NCBI GenBank assembly: GCA_963706575.1
Contig: CAVPNL010000015.1
Span: 96,001-160,000, forward strand
DNA from: an uncultured delta proteobacterium
Lineage (GTDB): Bacteria > Desulfobacterota > Desulfobacteria > Desulfobacterales > JAHEIW01
Direction: 5' to 3'
DNA: 64,000 bases
In this document: positions 46,465 to 55,927 of the stretch, one piece after another
Position numbering within the stretch: the stretch's first letter is position 1
Layout: each line of letters starts with the position of its first letter
Program-made: the position numbers and the translations under genes
The notes under the pieces: generated by a model
Database searches by the model: none
Seen by the model: only the letters and a program-made list of their open reading frames with translations
What the model was told of the DNA's origin: nothing

Positions 46465-47652
46465 ATGCCCATGACCTCTCCATTTTTCAAGCGCATCAAG
46501 CGCCATGTCATCGGCCGGGAACACACATTTTTTGCGGCAACGCCTCCCGGCTTTGAACCGCTTTGCCTCCAGGAGTTGTTGAATTTTCAGCCGGCTGTCG
46601 GCAATGCCCGGGTAACCCCCGGTGGTGTGGAATTTAAGGGGCGGCTCGATGACTGTTACCGTGCGAATTTAAATCTGCGCCTGCCCAACCGTATTTTAAT
46701 GCGCATCAGTGCATTCAAATCATCCAATTTCAGACAGCTTGAAAGAAAAGTGGGCGATACCCCCTGGGAACTGTTTCTGCACCCCGGGAGCCTTTTAAAG
46801 GTGCATGTGGCCACAAAGCATTGCCGATTGCATCATTCAGCCGCAATCTCAGAAAGATTTCAGAAAACCATCGACCGCCATCTTTCCGGACTTAATCCTG
46901 AAAAAAAGGACCCGGAGATCGCAAATGCGGAACAAAATATTTTCGTCCGCGGCAAGGATGATTGCTTCACCGTATCGATTGACAGCAGCGGCGAACTTCT
47001 TTACAAACGCGGACTGAAAAAACACACGGGCAAAGCACCGCTGCGAGAAACAATTGCGGCGGCTGCACTGCTGTTGGCAGGTTACGAGGGCAGTCAACCA
47101 CTGATTGATCCGATGTGCGGCGCCGGAACGTTTTCCCTGGAAGGCGCACTGATGGCCAAGCGCATTCCGGCGGGCTGGTTCCGCGATTTTGCGTTTGCGG
47201 GATGGCCCTCATATCTTGCGAAGCGATGGGACTATATCAGGCGTCAGGCCAAATCCGGCTTTGTGCAGCCCGAACAGCCAATGATCTTTGCTTCAGACAC
47301 GGATTCCGACGCCTGTCAAAAAATAGAGGATTGTGTTGAAGAATACAGCCTGTCCGATGCCGTCAGGGTATATCAAAAAGATTTTTTTGATCTAACTCCC
47401 CGGGAACTTACCGATCAGATGGGGGTCATTTGTATTAACCCGCCTTACGGCCGACGACTCGGCCAAAAGCATGATTCCCAAAAAATATTTTATGCCATTT
47501 GTGACAAACTCAAAAGTGATTACTGCGGATGGAAGCTGGTGCTAATTGCACCCAGCAGAAAACTGGCCGGCACGGTTCCTTTTGCGACAGAGGCTTATCC
47601 CATTGTGCACGGTGGATTGAAACTGACCTTGCTGGTTGGAAAAATCAATTGA
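46465..47652 (+). CDS. THUMP-domain RNA methyltransferase (RlmL-like)
   Basis: SIDSSGELLYKRG, APLRETIAA, DPMCGAGT, NPPYG. Confidence 0.9.
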   Translation: MPMTSPFFKRIKRHVIGREHTFFAATPPGFEPLCLQELLNFQPAVGNARVTPGGVEFKGRLDDCYRANLNLRLPNRILMRISAFKSSNFRQLERKVGDTPWELFLHPGSLLKVHVATKHCRLHHSAAISERFQKTIDRHLSGLNPEKKDPEIANAEQNIFVRGKDDCFTVSIDSSGELLYKRGLKKHTGKAPLRETIAAAALLLAGYEGSQPLIDPMCGAGTFSLEGALMAKRIPAGWFRDFAFAGWPSYLAKRWDYIRRQAKSGFVQPEQPMIFASDTDSDACQKIEDCVEEYSLSDAVRVYQKDFFDLTPRELTDQMGVICINPPYGRRLGQKHDSQKIFYAICDKLKSDYCGWKLVLIAPSRKLAGTVPFATEAYPIVHGGLKLTLLVGKIN

Positions 47653-47783
47653 AGTTTAATTAGATGGTTGTGTTTGACCAATTCACGCTTTTTTATTCAC
47701 CACAAAGGCGCGAAGACCACAAAGAGTAATACAAAAATTTTTTACTTCTTAACTTTATGTCCTTCGTGATCTTCGTGGTTAAT

Positions 47784-47990
47784 TTATAGCGGTTCGGGAC
47801 CGCAAAGATTTTCAGCCTTGGCTGCCGCACGGCCGCAATTCTTACAGACGAATTGAGGGTTGCGCACATACTTTTTGTATTCTTCCAGATTGTTTTTCAC
47901 AAATCCGACATTTTCAGCCATGCACAAATGGGCCTCATGCCCCTCATGCGGCTCCGTCAGGTGTTGGGGAAGTGGAAACCACTCGGCCAT
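47784..47990 (-). CDS. Small His/Cys-rich hypothetical protein
   Basis: RBS ggggtg; HEAHLC...FVCKNCGRAA...NLC. Confidence 0.7.
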   Translation of the reverse strand: MAEWFPLPQHLTEPHEGHEAHLCMAENVGFVKNNLEEYKKYVRNPQFVCKNCGRAAAKAENLCGPEPL

Positions 47991-48100
47991 AATCTCACCC
48001 CCTTAGTATTTTTCAGAATTTATTGAATCAACTGAAGATTCAAAACCTAATTTAAAAATAAGAACCAATATAGTGGTGTCAATTAGAGGCGATTTCATAT

Positions 48101-48129
48101 TTGACAGTCCGGCGCTTCTTATCTATTAT
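48101..48129 (+). promoter_or_regulatory. Sigma70 promoter for the amidohydrolase
   Basis: TTGACA-17 nt-TATTAT. Confidence 0.65.
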
Positions 48130-48149
48130 CACCACGAAACGACTAAAAA

Positions 48150-48256
48150 GCTGGCACAGAGGCCAGCCCTACACAAGACAAAAAATTGCATCTTGTGAAC
48201 AGTAGGGCGGCCCTCTGCGGCCGCCATTTCAAGCCCGCGCAGAAGCTCGGCCCTGC
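48150..48256. repeat. GTAG-type REP cluster
   Basis: gctggcacagaggccagccctac, gtagggcggccctctgcggccgcc, gcccgcgcagaagctcggccctgc; inverted copy of 50099-50204. Confidence 0.85.
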
Positions 48257-48303
48257 ATGTAATTTAGCAAATCTGGTCGTAATGAATTTTATGGAGGTGA
48301 CCC

Positions 48304-49545
48304 ATGGATCTTAAAAAATTGCGCGTGAACGGCAAGCGCCTGCAACAGTCTCTTGAGGAAATGGCAAAAATAGGCGCAACCCCCGGTGGGGGCGTACAGC
48401 GCCTGACCCTGTCCGATGAAGACAAACAGGCCCGGGATCTTTTTGTAAAATGGCTCAAAGAACTGGACCTGGAGATTACCATTGATGAAATGGGAAGTAT
48501 CTTCGGCAAAAGGCCTGGAAAAAACAACGACCTGGAACCGGTAATGAGCGGTTCCCATATCGATTCCCAGCCGAAGGGCGGGCGCTTTGATGGGATCTTA
48601 GGCGTCATGGGGCCCCTGGAAGTATTACGCACCCTGCACGAAAATAATATCGAAACCGAAAGACCGTTTATCATAGTGGATTGGACCAACGAAGAAGGGT
48701 CCCGATTTGCCCCGGCGATGGTGGCATCCGGGGTATGGGCCGGAGCGCTCGAACGTGATTGGGTCTATGACCGTAGCGATATTACCGGCAAACGCTTTGA
48801 AGATGAGTTGATCCGCATCGGATACAAAGGAAGCGCACCGGCAAAAAAATGGCCGGTACACTGCTATTACGAATATCATATCGAACAGGGGCCGATGCTG
48901 GAACGCGAAGGCAAACAAATCGGTGCCCCCAAAGGGATCCTGTGTCTGCACTGGTATGATGTCTATCTCGAGGGAGAGGCCAACCAGGTCGGACCGACCC
49001 CGATGGAAGGTCGGCATGATGCGCTATGCGCCACAGCCGAGATGATTTTGAAAGTTAACGAACTCCCGGACCGCATGGGGGGCAATATGGTGGCCACTGT
49101 CGGCGAAATACAGAATTATCCAAATTCCAGAAATATCATTCCGGATAAAGTTCATTTCACGGTGGACATCCGCTCCTGGGACGACGACCATGCCTTAAAG
49201 GCCTGGGAAGTCGTCCGCAAAGACTTTGAAGATATTGCGGCTCGCAGGGGCTGCCCGATCAAAATAGAAGAAACCTGGCGGGTAGAGCATTCGCCTTTTG
49301 ACGAAAAGCTGGTACAGGGCATTCTGAACGCTGCTGATGATCTGGGTTATTCCAGCCTGCACATGGTCAGCGGCGCCGGTCATGATGCCAGCTATATGAA
49401 TCAGGTTTGCCCGACCGCAATGATATTTGTCCCCAGCATCGGCGGCCGCAGCCACGTCGAAGTCGAAAACACCACCTGGGAAGACTGTGAAGCCGGCGCC
49501 AACGTTCTGCTGCATGCAATACTGCAATCGGCCAATGAGAAATAG
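48304..49545 (+). CDS. pydC: Zn-dependent amidohydrolase (beta-ureidopropionase / N-carbamoyl-L-amino acid hydrolase)
   Basis: GSHIDSQPKGGRFDG, NEEGSRF, YHIEQGP, SGAGHDA; pyrimidine-degradation context. Confidence 0.85.
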   Translation: MDLKKLRVNGKRLQQSLEEMAKIGATPGGGVQRLTLSDEDKQARDLFVKWLKELDLEITIDEMGSIFGKRPGKNNDLEPVMSGSHIDSQPKGGRFDGILGVMGPLEVLRTLHENNIETERPFIIVDWTNEEGSRFAPAMVASGVWAGALERDWVYDRSDITGKRFEDELIRIGYKGSAPAKKWPVHCYYEYHIEQGPMLEREGKQIGAPKGILCLHWYDVYLEGEANQVGPTPMEGRHDALCATAEMILKVNELPDRMGGNMVATVGEIQNYPNSRNIIPDKVHFTVDIRSWDDDHALKAWEVVRKDFEDIAARRGCPIKIEETWRVEHSPFDEKLVQGILNAADDLGYSSLHMVSGAGHDASYMNQVCPTAMIFVPSIGGRSHVEVENTTWEDCEAGANVLLHAILQSANEK

Positions 49546-49623
49546 GGCCGGTGCTTGCATCCCGACTTATGGGCGGGGCCTCCGTGCCGGCGAGGAAACG
49601 GCGGCCGCAGAGGGCCGCCCTAC
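49542..49623. repeat. REP cluster left of RAYT
   Basis: ggcggccgcagagggccgccctac at 49600-49623 plus degenerate units. Confidence 0.8.
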
Positions 49624-49643
49624 TCCAAAATTAATCGCATATT

Positions 49644-50102
49644 ATGCCATTGAGACACAGAAAAAATGTCCGCCTTAAAAAAGAAATATACTCAAATCAA
49701 AATCAAATTTTTAGCATAACCATATGCACAAAAGATAGGCGACCTATTTTCGGAAAAGAACTTTGGGCAAAGACGATTATTGAGACCTTTCAGACAGAGC
49801 ATTTCCACAAAAACACAAAATCTTATGCATATTGCCTCATGCCGGACCATTTACACCTTCTGGTTTCACCCAAAAATGACAACTTAATTGGCTTTATAAG
49901 AAGATGGAAAAGCTACACCGCAAATCTTTTGAACAAATCCGGTTTGGATGGACCTTGCTGGCAAAGAGGTTTCTATGATCATGCCTTAAGAAGGGATGAA
50001 GATATTCGAACCACCACCGAGTATATTGTTCATAATCCGGTTCGCAAACATATTACACAGCATTGGAGAGAATACCCATATTCCTGGCACAAATGGATGT
50101 AA
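49644..50102 (+). mobile_element. REP-associated tyrosine transposase (RAYT, Y1 HUH)
   Basis: FSITICTKDR, YCLMPDHLHLL (HUH), WQRGFYDHALR, YIVHNPVR; flanked by REPs. Confidence 0.9.
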
Positions 50103-50204
50103 GGCCGGGCCTCTGCGCCGGTCTAAAGAAGGCGGCCGCAGAGGGCCGCCCTACGTTTCGACAAAGACAATTTGCGGGATGTAGGGCTGGCATCCGTGCC
50201 AGCC
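50099..50204. repeat. REP cluster right of RAYT
   Basis: gtaaggccgggcctctgcgccgg, ggcggccgcagagggccgccctac (50131-50154), gtagggctggcatccgtgccagcc (50181-50204). Confidence 0.85.
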
Positions 50205-50220
50205 AGAAGTAGGCATAAAT

Positions 50221-50262
50221 AAAAAGGTGTAAGCGAAATTGTCTGCTTACACCTTTTTTTTT
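50221..50262. terminator. Bidirectional intrinsic terminator
   Basis: aaaaaggtgtaagc...gcttacacctttttttt between convergent genes. Confidence 0.8.
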
Positions 50263-50309
50263 AACCGCTAACGGGCTAACTGGACAAGGCGCTCAACCAG
50301 CTAACCCAA

Positions 50310-51701
50310 TTAAAAATTTTCGAAAGGCTCTCGTTTGATGAACCGCCCCCGGCCGATCTCACCGACAAACTCCATCTGATCGCCGTTCCACTGGGATACC
50401 TTTTTGCCGCGCGAATAAACCGCGCTGGGCATACCGGTAACCTCAAAGCCCTCATAGGGGGTATAATCAACATTCATATGCAGTTTGCTCTGGGTGACGG
50501 TAAACTTCTGGTCCGGATTAAAGACCACAATATCAGCATCCTTGCCCACCGCAATTTCACCTTTGTCTTTGAGGCCGAACATGCGGGCCGTGCCGCATGA
50601 AAGCACGTCCACCATTTTCTCAAGCGAGATGCGCCCTTTGGCCACGCCTTCTGAATGCAACATGATCAGAAGCGTTTCGATTCCCGGGGCGCCGTTGGGG
50701 ATTTTTTTGTAATCGTCTTTACCGTTCATGTCTTTTTTGCCGTTAAAATCAAAGGGGCAATGGTCGGTGGCAACGACCTGCAGATCGCCGCCGCGCAAGC
50801 CTTCCCACAGGGCCGCGTTGCTTTCCTTGGTTCTCAGCGGCGGGGACATGACATACTTGGCGCCGTTCCAGTCCGGTTCCTTGTATCGCTCTTCATCCAG
50901 CAGGAGATACTGCGGGCAGGTCTCGGCATAGATATGAATGCCCCGGTCGCGGGCCTGTTTAACAATCCAGAGGCCTTCCTTTGATGACAGGTGCACGATG
51001 TAAATTCGAGAGCCGCTCATCTCCACCATTTTAGACGCCCGGTAAATGGCCTCTTCCTCGGCCAGATTCGGCCGGCTGACCGCATGGTAATAGGGATCTA
51101 ATTTGCCTTCTTTTGCAAGCGCCGCATTCATGTGATCAATAACGTGAACGTTTTCCGCATGCACCTGGACCAGGCCGCCATACTGTTTGGTCTTTTCCAA
51201 AAGCTTGATCATGGTGGCATCATCGACCCTGAAGTCATAGACCATAAAGATCTTAAAGCTGGGGGTGCCGTAATCCTGGCAGGCGTTTTTGACTTCCTCG
51301 ATGACTTCCGGCCGGGGATCCATAACGGCCGGATGCAAAGAATAATCCACTACAACCTTTCCCTCGGCCAGCGCTTTTTTGCGCTCCAGGGCTTCGAGCA
51401 GGGTTTCGCCTTTTTGCTGCAGGTCAAAATCCACCACACAGGTCACACCGCCGCAGGCCGCTGCAATGGTTCCGGTTTCATAGTCATCCTGGGCATAGGT
51501 TCCCATAAACGGCATGCAAAGGTGTGTATGCGGGTCAATGGCGCCGGGAAGAATATAGTGTCCCTTGGCATCAACCACCTCATCTGCCGGGTTGTCCAAA
51601 CCCGTCCCGATCGTTTTTATTTTGTCGCCATCTGCAAACACATCAGCCACATAACGACCGGTGGCATTAACGATTGTACCGCCTTTAAATAACACACTCA
51701 T
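50310..51701 (-). CDS. hydA: Dihydropyrimidinase
   Basis: PGAIDPHTH, SFKIFM, VHAEN, IVHLS, AETCPQY, YVMSPPLR, ATDHCPF. Confidence 0.95.
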   Translation of the reverse strand: MSVLFKGGTIVNATGRYVADVFADGDKIKTIGTGLDNPADEVVDAKGHYILPGAIDPHTHLCMPFMGTYAQDDYETGTIAAACGGVTCVVDFDLQQKGETLLEALERKKALAEGKVVVDYSLHPAVMDPRPEVIEEVKNACQDYGTPSFKIFMVYDFRVDDATMIKLLEKTKQYGGLVQVHAENVHVIDHMNAALAKEGKLDPYYHAVSRPNLAEEEAIYRASKMVEMSGSRIYIVHLSSKEGLWIVKQARDRGIHIYAETCPQYLLLDEERYKEPDWNGAKYVMSPPLRTKESNAALWEGLRGGDLQVVATDHCPFDFNGKKDMNGKDDYKKIPNGAPGIETLLIMLHSEGVAKGRISLEKMVDVLSCGTARMFGLKDKGEIAVGKDADIVVFNPDQKFTVTQSKLHMNVDYTPYEGFEVTGMPSAVYSRGKKVSQWNGDQMEFVGEIGRGRFIKREPFENF

Positions 51702-52995
51702 CGGGGCCCTCCTTTGTAAATGGCTCTAGTTTAATGTCTTTCTCCATATTTTTATCCATAACCGCAGTTTCCTGACGGTTCCAATCCCCGGGCATTTCCT
51801 TGTAGGAAATCAGATCCGGAACCGGGCAGACAAATTTGCACAGCATACAGCTCAAGCATTTATCTTCGATCAATTTCGGCCGCCGATTTGCCGCATCCCA
51901 TTCAATGGCCTGGCCGGCAGCATCCTGACAGACGATATAGCACTGGCCGCAGCCGATGCACTGATCCAGATCATACTGGGTAATTCCCTGACGCTCCAAA
52001 TCAAAGGCCTCGGTTTCGTGGAGATTCGGCAAGGCTTTGCCCACCAGATCCGAGATCTGTTTTACACCCCTTTCGGTCATAAAATCCGAAAGACCTTCGA
52101 TCATGTCTTCAACGATGCGATAACCGTAGTGCATAATGCCGGTGGTCACCTGAATCGTTGAGGCCCCCAGCAGGATGTATTCAAAGGCATCGACCCAGGT
52201 CTCGATGCCGCCGATGCCCGAAAGCGGCAGATTCAGCTCATTATTCTGGGCCATGGAGGCGATGAAATTCAATCCGATGGGTCGCACGGCCGGACCGGAG
52301 GTCCCGGAGATGGCACCTTTGCCAAAAACGTTGGGCGTGGGAACAAAATCATCCAGACCGACTGAGGAAATGCCCCGCACCGTATTGATGGCGGAGATGG
52401 CGTCCGCGCCACCATTTTTGGCATACATGGCCGGTTCATTCATATCCGTAATATTGGGCGTCATCTTCGCCATTACCGGAATAGATACCACATCTTTAAC
52501 GGCTGCGGTAAAGCCTTCGAGCAGCTTAAAGGCCTGGCCGACCTTATGACCGGCTCCCTCGATGCACATGTGGGGGCAGGAAAAATTAAGCTCCAGTATA
52601 TCGGCTCCGTTGTCTTCGGCGGCCTTGGCCAGATAAGCCCATTCATCCGTGAAAAAACCCATGATACTGGCGATGATGGGATGATCGGGGTAATTCTTCT
52701 TTAAATACAGGAACTCGGCGAGGTTATCCTTCAAAGAACGATCGGATATCATTTCAACATTTTGCACCGCCATTGCCTTTTTGCTGCCGTAGTGCACGCA
52801 GTGCATGCGGGGCGAGGGATGGACGATCGGCAGCCGATCCGAATTCAAGGTCTTAAATACCACCCCGCTCCAGCCGGCATCAAATGATCGCGCCACCATC
52901 TCGGCACTGTTGGAAACCGGTGATGATGAGAGCAGAAACGGGTTTTTAAATTTTACTCCGCAAAAGTCTATGGATAAATCGACATTGTTAACCAC
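51685..52995 (-). CDS. preA: NAD-dependent dihydropyrimidine dehydrogenase subunit PreA
   Basis: NPFLLSSSP, ELNFSCPH, KMTPN, AINT, SGIGG, C-terminal CIGCGQC and CLSCMLC. Confidence 0.93.
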   Translation of the reverse strand: MVNNVDLSIDFCGVKFKNPFLLSSSPVSNSAEMVARSFDAGWSGVVFKTLNSDRLPIVHPSPRMHCVHYGSKKAMAVQNVEMISDRSLKDNLAEFLYLKKNYPDHPIIASIMGFFTDEWAYLAKAAEDNGADILELNFSCPHMCIEGAGHKVGQAFKLLEGFTAAVKDVVSIPVMAKMTPNITDMNEPAMYAKNGGADAISAINTVRGISSVGLDDFVPTPNVFGKGAISGTSGPAVRPIGLNFIASMAQNNELNLPLSGIGGIETWVDAFEYILLGASTIQVTTGIMHYGYRIVEDMIEGLSDFMTERGVKQISDLVGKALPNLHETEAFDLERQGITQYDLDQCIGCGQCYIVCQDAAGQAIEWDAANRRPKLIEDKCLSCMLCKFVCPVPDLISYKEMPGDWNRQETAVMDKNMEKDIKLEPFTKEGPDECVI

Positions 52996-53028
52996 GATTA
53001 TTCCTCCTTCTTCAAAGGCTCAGAGGTT

Positions 53029-53160
53029 CCGGGTTCAAGGACCTGTTCGATTGGTTTTATTGGTCTTATTGGTTAGATTGGTTGGCTTAAACCGAACCAA
53101 TTGAACGAATTAAACCAATTAAACAAATGTAACGGTTGAAAGCTGCCTGAACCCTGAACC
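53029..53160. repeat. Short-period tandem / inverted repeat block
   Basis: (ttggttttat-like)n opposed to (aaccaatta-like)n, with ggttc.../cctgaacc arms. Confidence 0.6.
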
Positions 53161-54512
53161 TACTTTTTTAGATATTCTTTAATAGCCCGGGCGGCTACTT
53201 TACCGTCCTGAACCGCCTGAACCACCAGAGCCGGCCCGCGAACGATATCACCACCGGCAAAAATGCCGTCAACCGAGGTTTTCCCGGTCTCCGGATCGGC
53301 TTTGATGAGCTTTTTACCATCAACAGCAACATTGGGATACCAGTCGGGAGATTTTTCTGGAGCAATGTTTCCAATAGCTTCAATCACGATATCGGCATCC
53401 ATGATCCATTCCGAACCTGGTATTTCTAGTGGCCTTCTTCTGCCGGATGCATCCGGTTCTCCCAATCGGGTTCGGACCAGTTTCAGTCCCTTGAGCCGAT
53501 TCTTTTTATCGGTCACATAATCCACCGGCTGATTCAGCAGCAGAAAATGAACCCCGGCTTCCTGGGCTTCAATACGCTCATCGGGCTCTGCCGGCATCTG
53601 GGAATAAGACCGCCGGTAAACCAGATAGACATCTTTGGCTCCCAGTCTGACGGCAGATTCGATGCAATCCATGGCCACCGATCCGCCGCCGATGACCGCA
53701 ACGGTTTTGTCCTTGAATTTCTTTTCCATTTGCTTGAAGCGTTCGTCGCTTAGCGCTTCCAAATAGTCTACCGACGAATACAGGCCCTCGATATTTTCCC
53801 CTTCCGGTTTGAGCGTAGCTGCATCCCACAGCCCCGGCGCCAGAAATATTGCATCAAAGCCATCTTTCAGGAGCTTTTCCGCTGCGTTCTTTCCTTCAAT
53901 CGGTGTATTGCACTGGAATTTAACGCCCAGCGCTTTAATGTCTTCCATTTCATGTTCAAGAAAATCCAGATCGAATCGGTAAAACACCACCCCGTAACGC
54001 AAAACACCGCCGGGTTCCGGTCGCGCCTCAAAAACCGTCACCTGATAGCCGTCTTTAGCCAGTTCGGCCGCACAGCTCAATCCACCCGGGCCGGAACCTA
54101 CTACCGCGACTTTTTCGGATCGCAGTTCAGGTTTTTCAAATATTTTGAAGCCTCTTTCCCAGGAATGTTCCACTAAGAAGCGCTGGATTTTACCGATCTG
54201 AATGGGCCGGTCAGCACCTTCGGGTCGATTCAGAGACTTAAACATGGCGCTGCATTTTTCTTCGCAAAGCCGCGACGTCGGGCAAAGAACCCCGCAGGCA
54301 CCTCCCATGATATTGTTTGCTTTAATGGTGCGGATGGCACCGGTGACATTTTTAAACCGCAGCTTGCGGATAAATTCACCCGGTTTCGTATCGGCCGGAC
54401 ACCCCTCTGAGCAGGGAGCGTCATGGCAAAGCAGGCAGCGGTCCGCTTCGGCAATGGCCTGGGCCAGATCAAGCCCTTTGCTCATTTTCTTAAATTTATC
54501 TAAATTACTCAC
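53160..54512 (-). CDS. preT: Dihydropyrimidine dehydrogenase subunit PreT (GltD-like)
   Basis: EADRCLLCHDAPC, CGVLCP, VVGSGPGG, IGGGSVAMD, FAGGD. Confidence 0.92.
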   Translation of the reverse strand: MSNLDKFKKMSKGLDLAQAIAEADRCLLCHDAPCSEGCPADTKPGEFIRKLRFKNVTGAIRTIKANNIMGGACGVLCPTSRLCEEKCSAMFKSLNRPEGADRPIQIGKIQRFLVEHSWERGFKIFEKPELRSEKVAVVGSGPGGLSCAAELAKDGYQVTVFEARPEPGGVLRYGVVFYRFDLDFLEHEMEDIKALGVKFQCNTPIEGKNAAEKLLKDGFDAIFLAPGLWDAATLKPEGENIEGLYSSVDYLEALSDERFKQMEKKFKDKTVAVIGGGSVAMDCIESAVRLGAKDVYLVYRRSYSQMPAEPDERIEAQEAGVHFLLLNQPVDYVTDKKNRLKGLKLVRTRLGEPDASGRRRPLEIPGSEWIMDADIVIEAIGNIAPEKSPDWYPNVAVDGKKLIKADPETGKTSVDGIFAGGDIVRGPALVVQAVQDGKVAARAIKEYLKK

Positions 54513-54910
54513 AATTCTTCCTCCTTGCGGATAATATTAGGTTCAGCAGGTTAGCAGAAAGACATTTTGCCGGTTGAGGTAATCGGGTCTTGGGATCATG
54601 GGAATTTTTCATTTGGCGAATGTAACGAGACGATTTGTTTACCAAAACTGGAAGTTTAAGCTTTTCATAAATAATTGTCAATTGCTAATCTCTTTAAAGT
54701 CTGAAGAAGGATTCCTTTAATATTTTTAATTTTAAAAAAGCTTGACGGCAAATGATGATACCCATATAAGAAAGCTAATTTATCAACCGTGAAGACCGCG
54801 ACTTTGATTCTTTAAGTCGGAACAACTGCATTTGCCTGCCAGTCAATAAAAAGCATCATTTTAAAATATAAATATCCATCTAACAATCATAACCACCTAA
54901 GGGGGAAAAG

Positions 54911-55783
54911 GTGTCCAGAATTGTAAAATGTGCCCACATCCAGGCATCCAACGCCAAACATGACGGAACACCGACTGAAATCAAGGAAGCCATGATCCGG
55001 AAACATATCCCGTTAATCGAGGAAGCCGGTAAAAAAGGCGTAAACATCCTCTGTTTGCAGGAGATTTTCTACGGCCCCTATTTTTGTGCCGAACAGGATA
55101 TCAAATGGTATCAAACCGCCGAGCCGGTTCCCGGGCCGACCACCGAACGTCTGGCCGAATATGCTAAAAAATACCAGATGGTCATGATTATCCCGGTCTA
55201 TGAAATGGAGATGGAAGGAGTTTATTTTAATACGGCCGCCGTCGTTGATGCCGACGGCTCCTACCTGGGAAAGTTTCGAAAAATTCACATCCCCCACACC
55301 TGGCCGGGATTCTGGGAAAAGTTTTATTTCAAACCGGGCAATCTGGGGTTTCCCGCCTTTGAAACCGCCTACGCCAAGATCGGCATCTATATTTGCTACG
55401 ACCGCCATTTCCCGGAGTGTGCCCGGCTGCTGGCACTCAATGGGGCCGAGATACTGTTTAACCCATCGGCAACCACATCGGGTAAATCTCAGTATTTGTG
55501 GGAACTGGAACAACCGGCTCAGGCAGTGGCCAACGGCGTATTTATCGGCGCCAATAACCGAATCGGTCTTGAAAAACCGTGGGAATTTGGCAAATTTTAC
55601 GGTTCCAGCTATTTCGTAGACCCCCGCGGCGAAATGCTGGTGAAAGGCAGCGAAGATAAAGACGAAGTCGTTATCGCCGACCTCGATCTCGAACTCATCC
55701 GCGAAGTCAGGGACGGCTGGCAGTTTTTCCGGGACCTGCGGCCGGATCAGTATACGGATCTGACGCGAACCGTCGGCTCATAA
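54911..55783 (+). CDS. Nitrilase-family carbon-nitrogen hydrolase (beta-ureidopropionase-like)
   Basis: CLQE, FRKIHIP, WEKFYFKPG, ICYDRHFPE (E-K-C triad). Confidence 0.9.
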   Translation: MSRIVKCAHIQASNAKHDGTPTEIKEAMIRKHIPLIEEAGKKGVNILCLQEIFYGPYFCAEQDIKWYQTAEPVPGPTTERLAEYAKKYQMVMIIPVYEMEMEGVYFNTAAVVDADGSYLGKFRKIHIPHTWPGFWEKFYFKPGNLGFPAFETAYAKIGIYICYDRHFPECARLLALNGAEILFNPSATTSGKSQYLWELEQPAQAVANGVFIGANNRIGLEKPWEFGKFYGSSYFVDPRGEMLVKGSEDKDEVVIADLDLELIREVRDGWQFFRDLRPDQYTDLTRTVGS

Positions 55784-55927
55784 AATAGCAAGGCAAGACT
55801 CATTATTAGGCTAATCGAATTTGAAGATGCTGCGTTTAACGCTTCAAATTCGTCAGAAGGAGGGAGGTATTCGTAATTTTTAATAATCCCCGCAAAGGGG
55901 GCAAACGGATAAGGAGGTCAACAGATA

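Noticed and set aside
48150..50204. REP clusters and other repeats as a CRISPR array
   Set aside because: Units are inverted and degenerate, with no regular unique spacers and no cas genes
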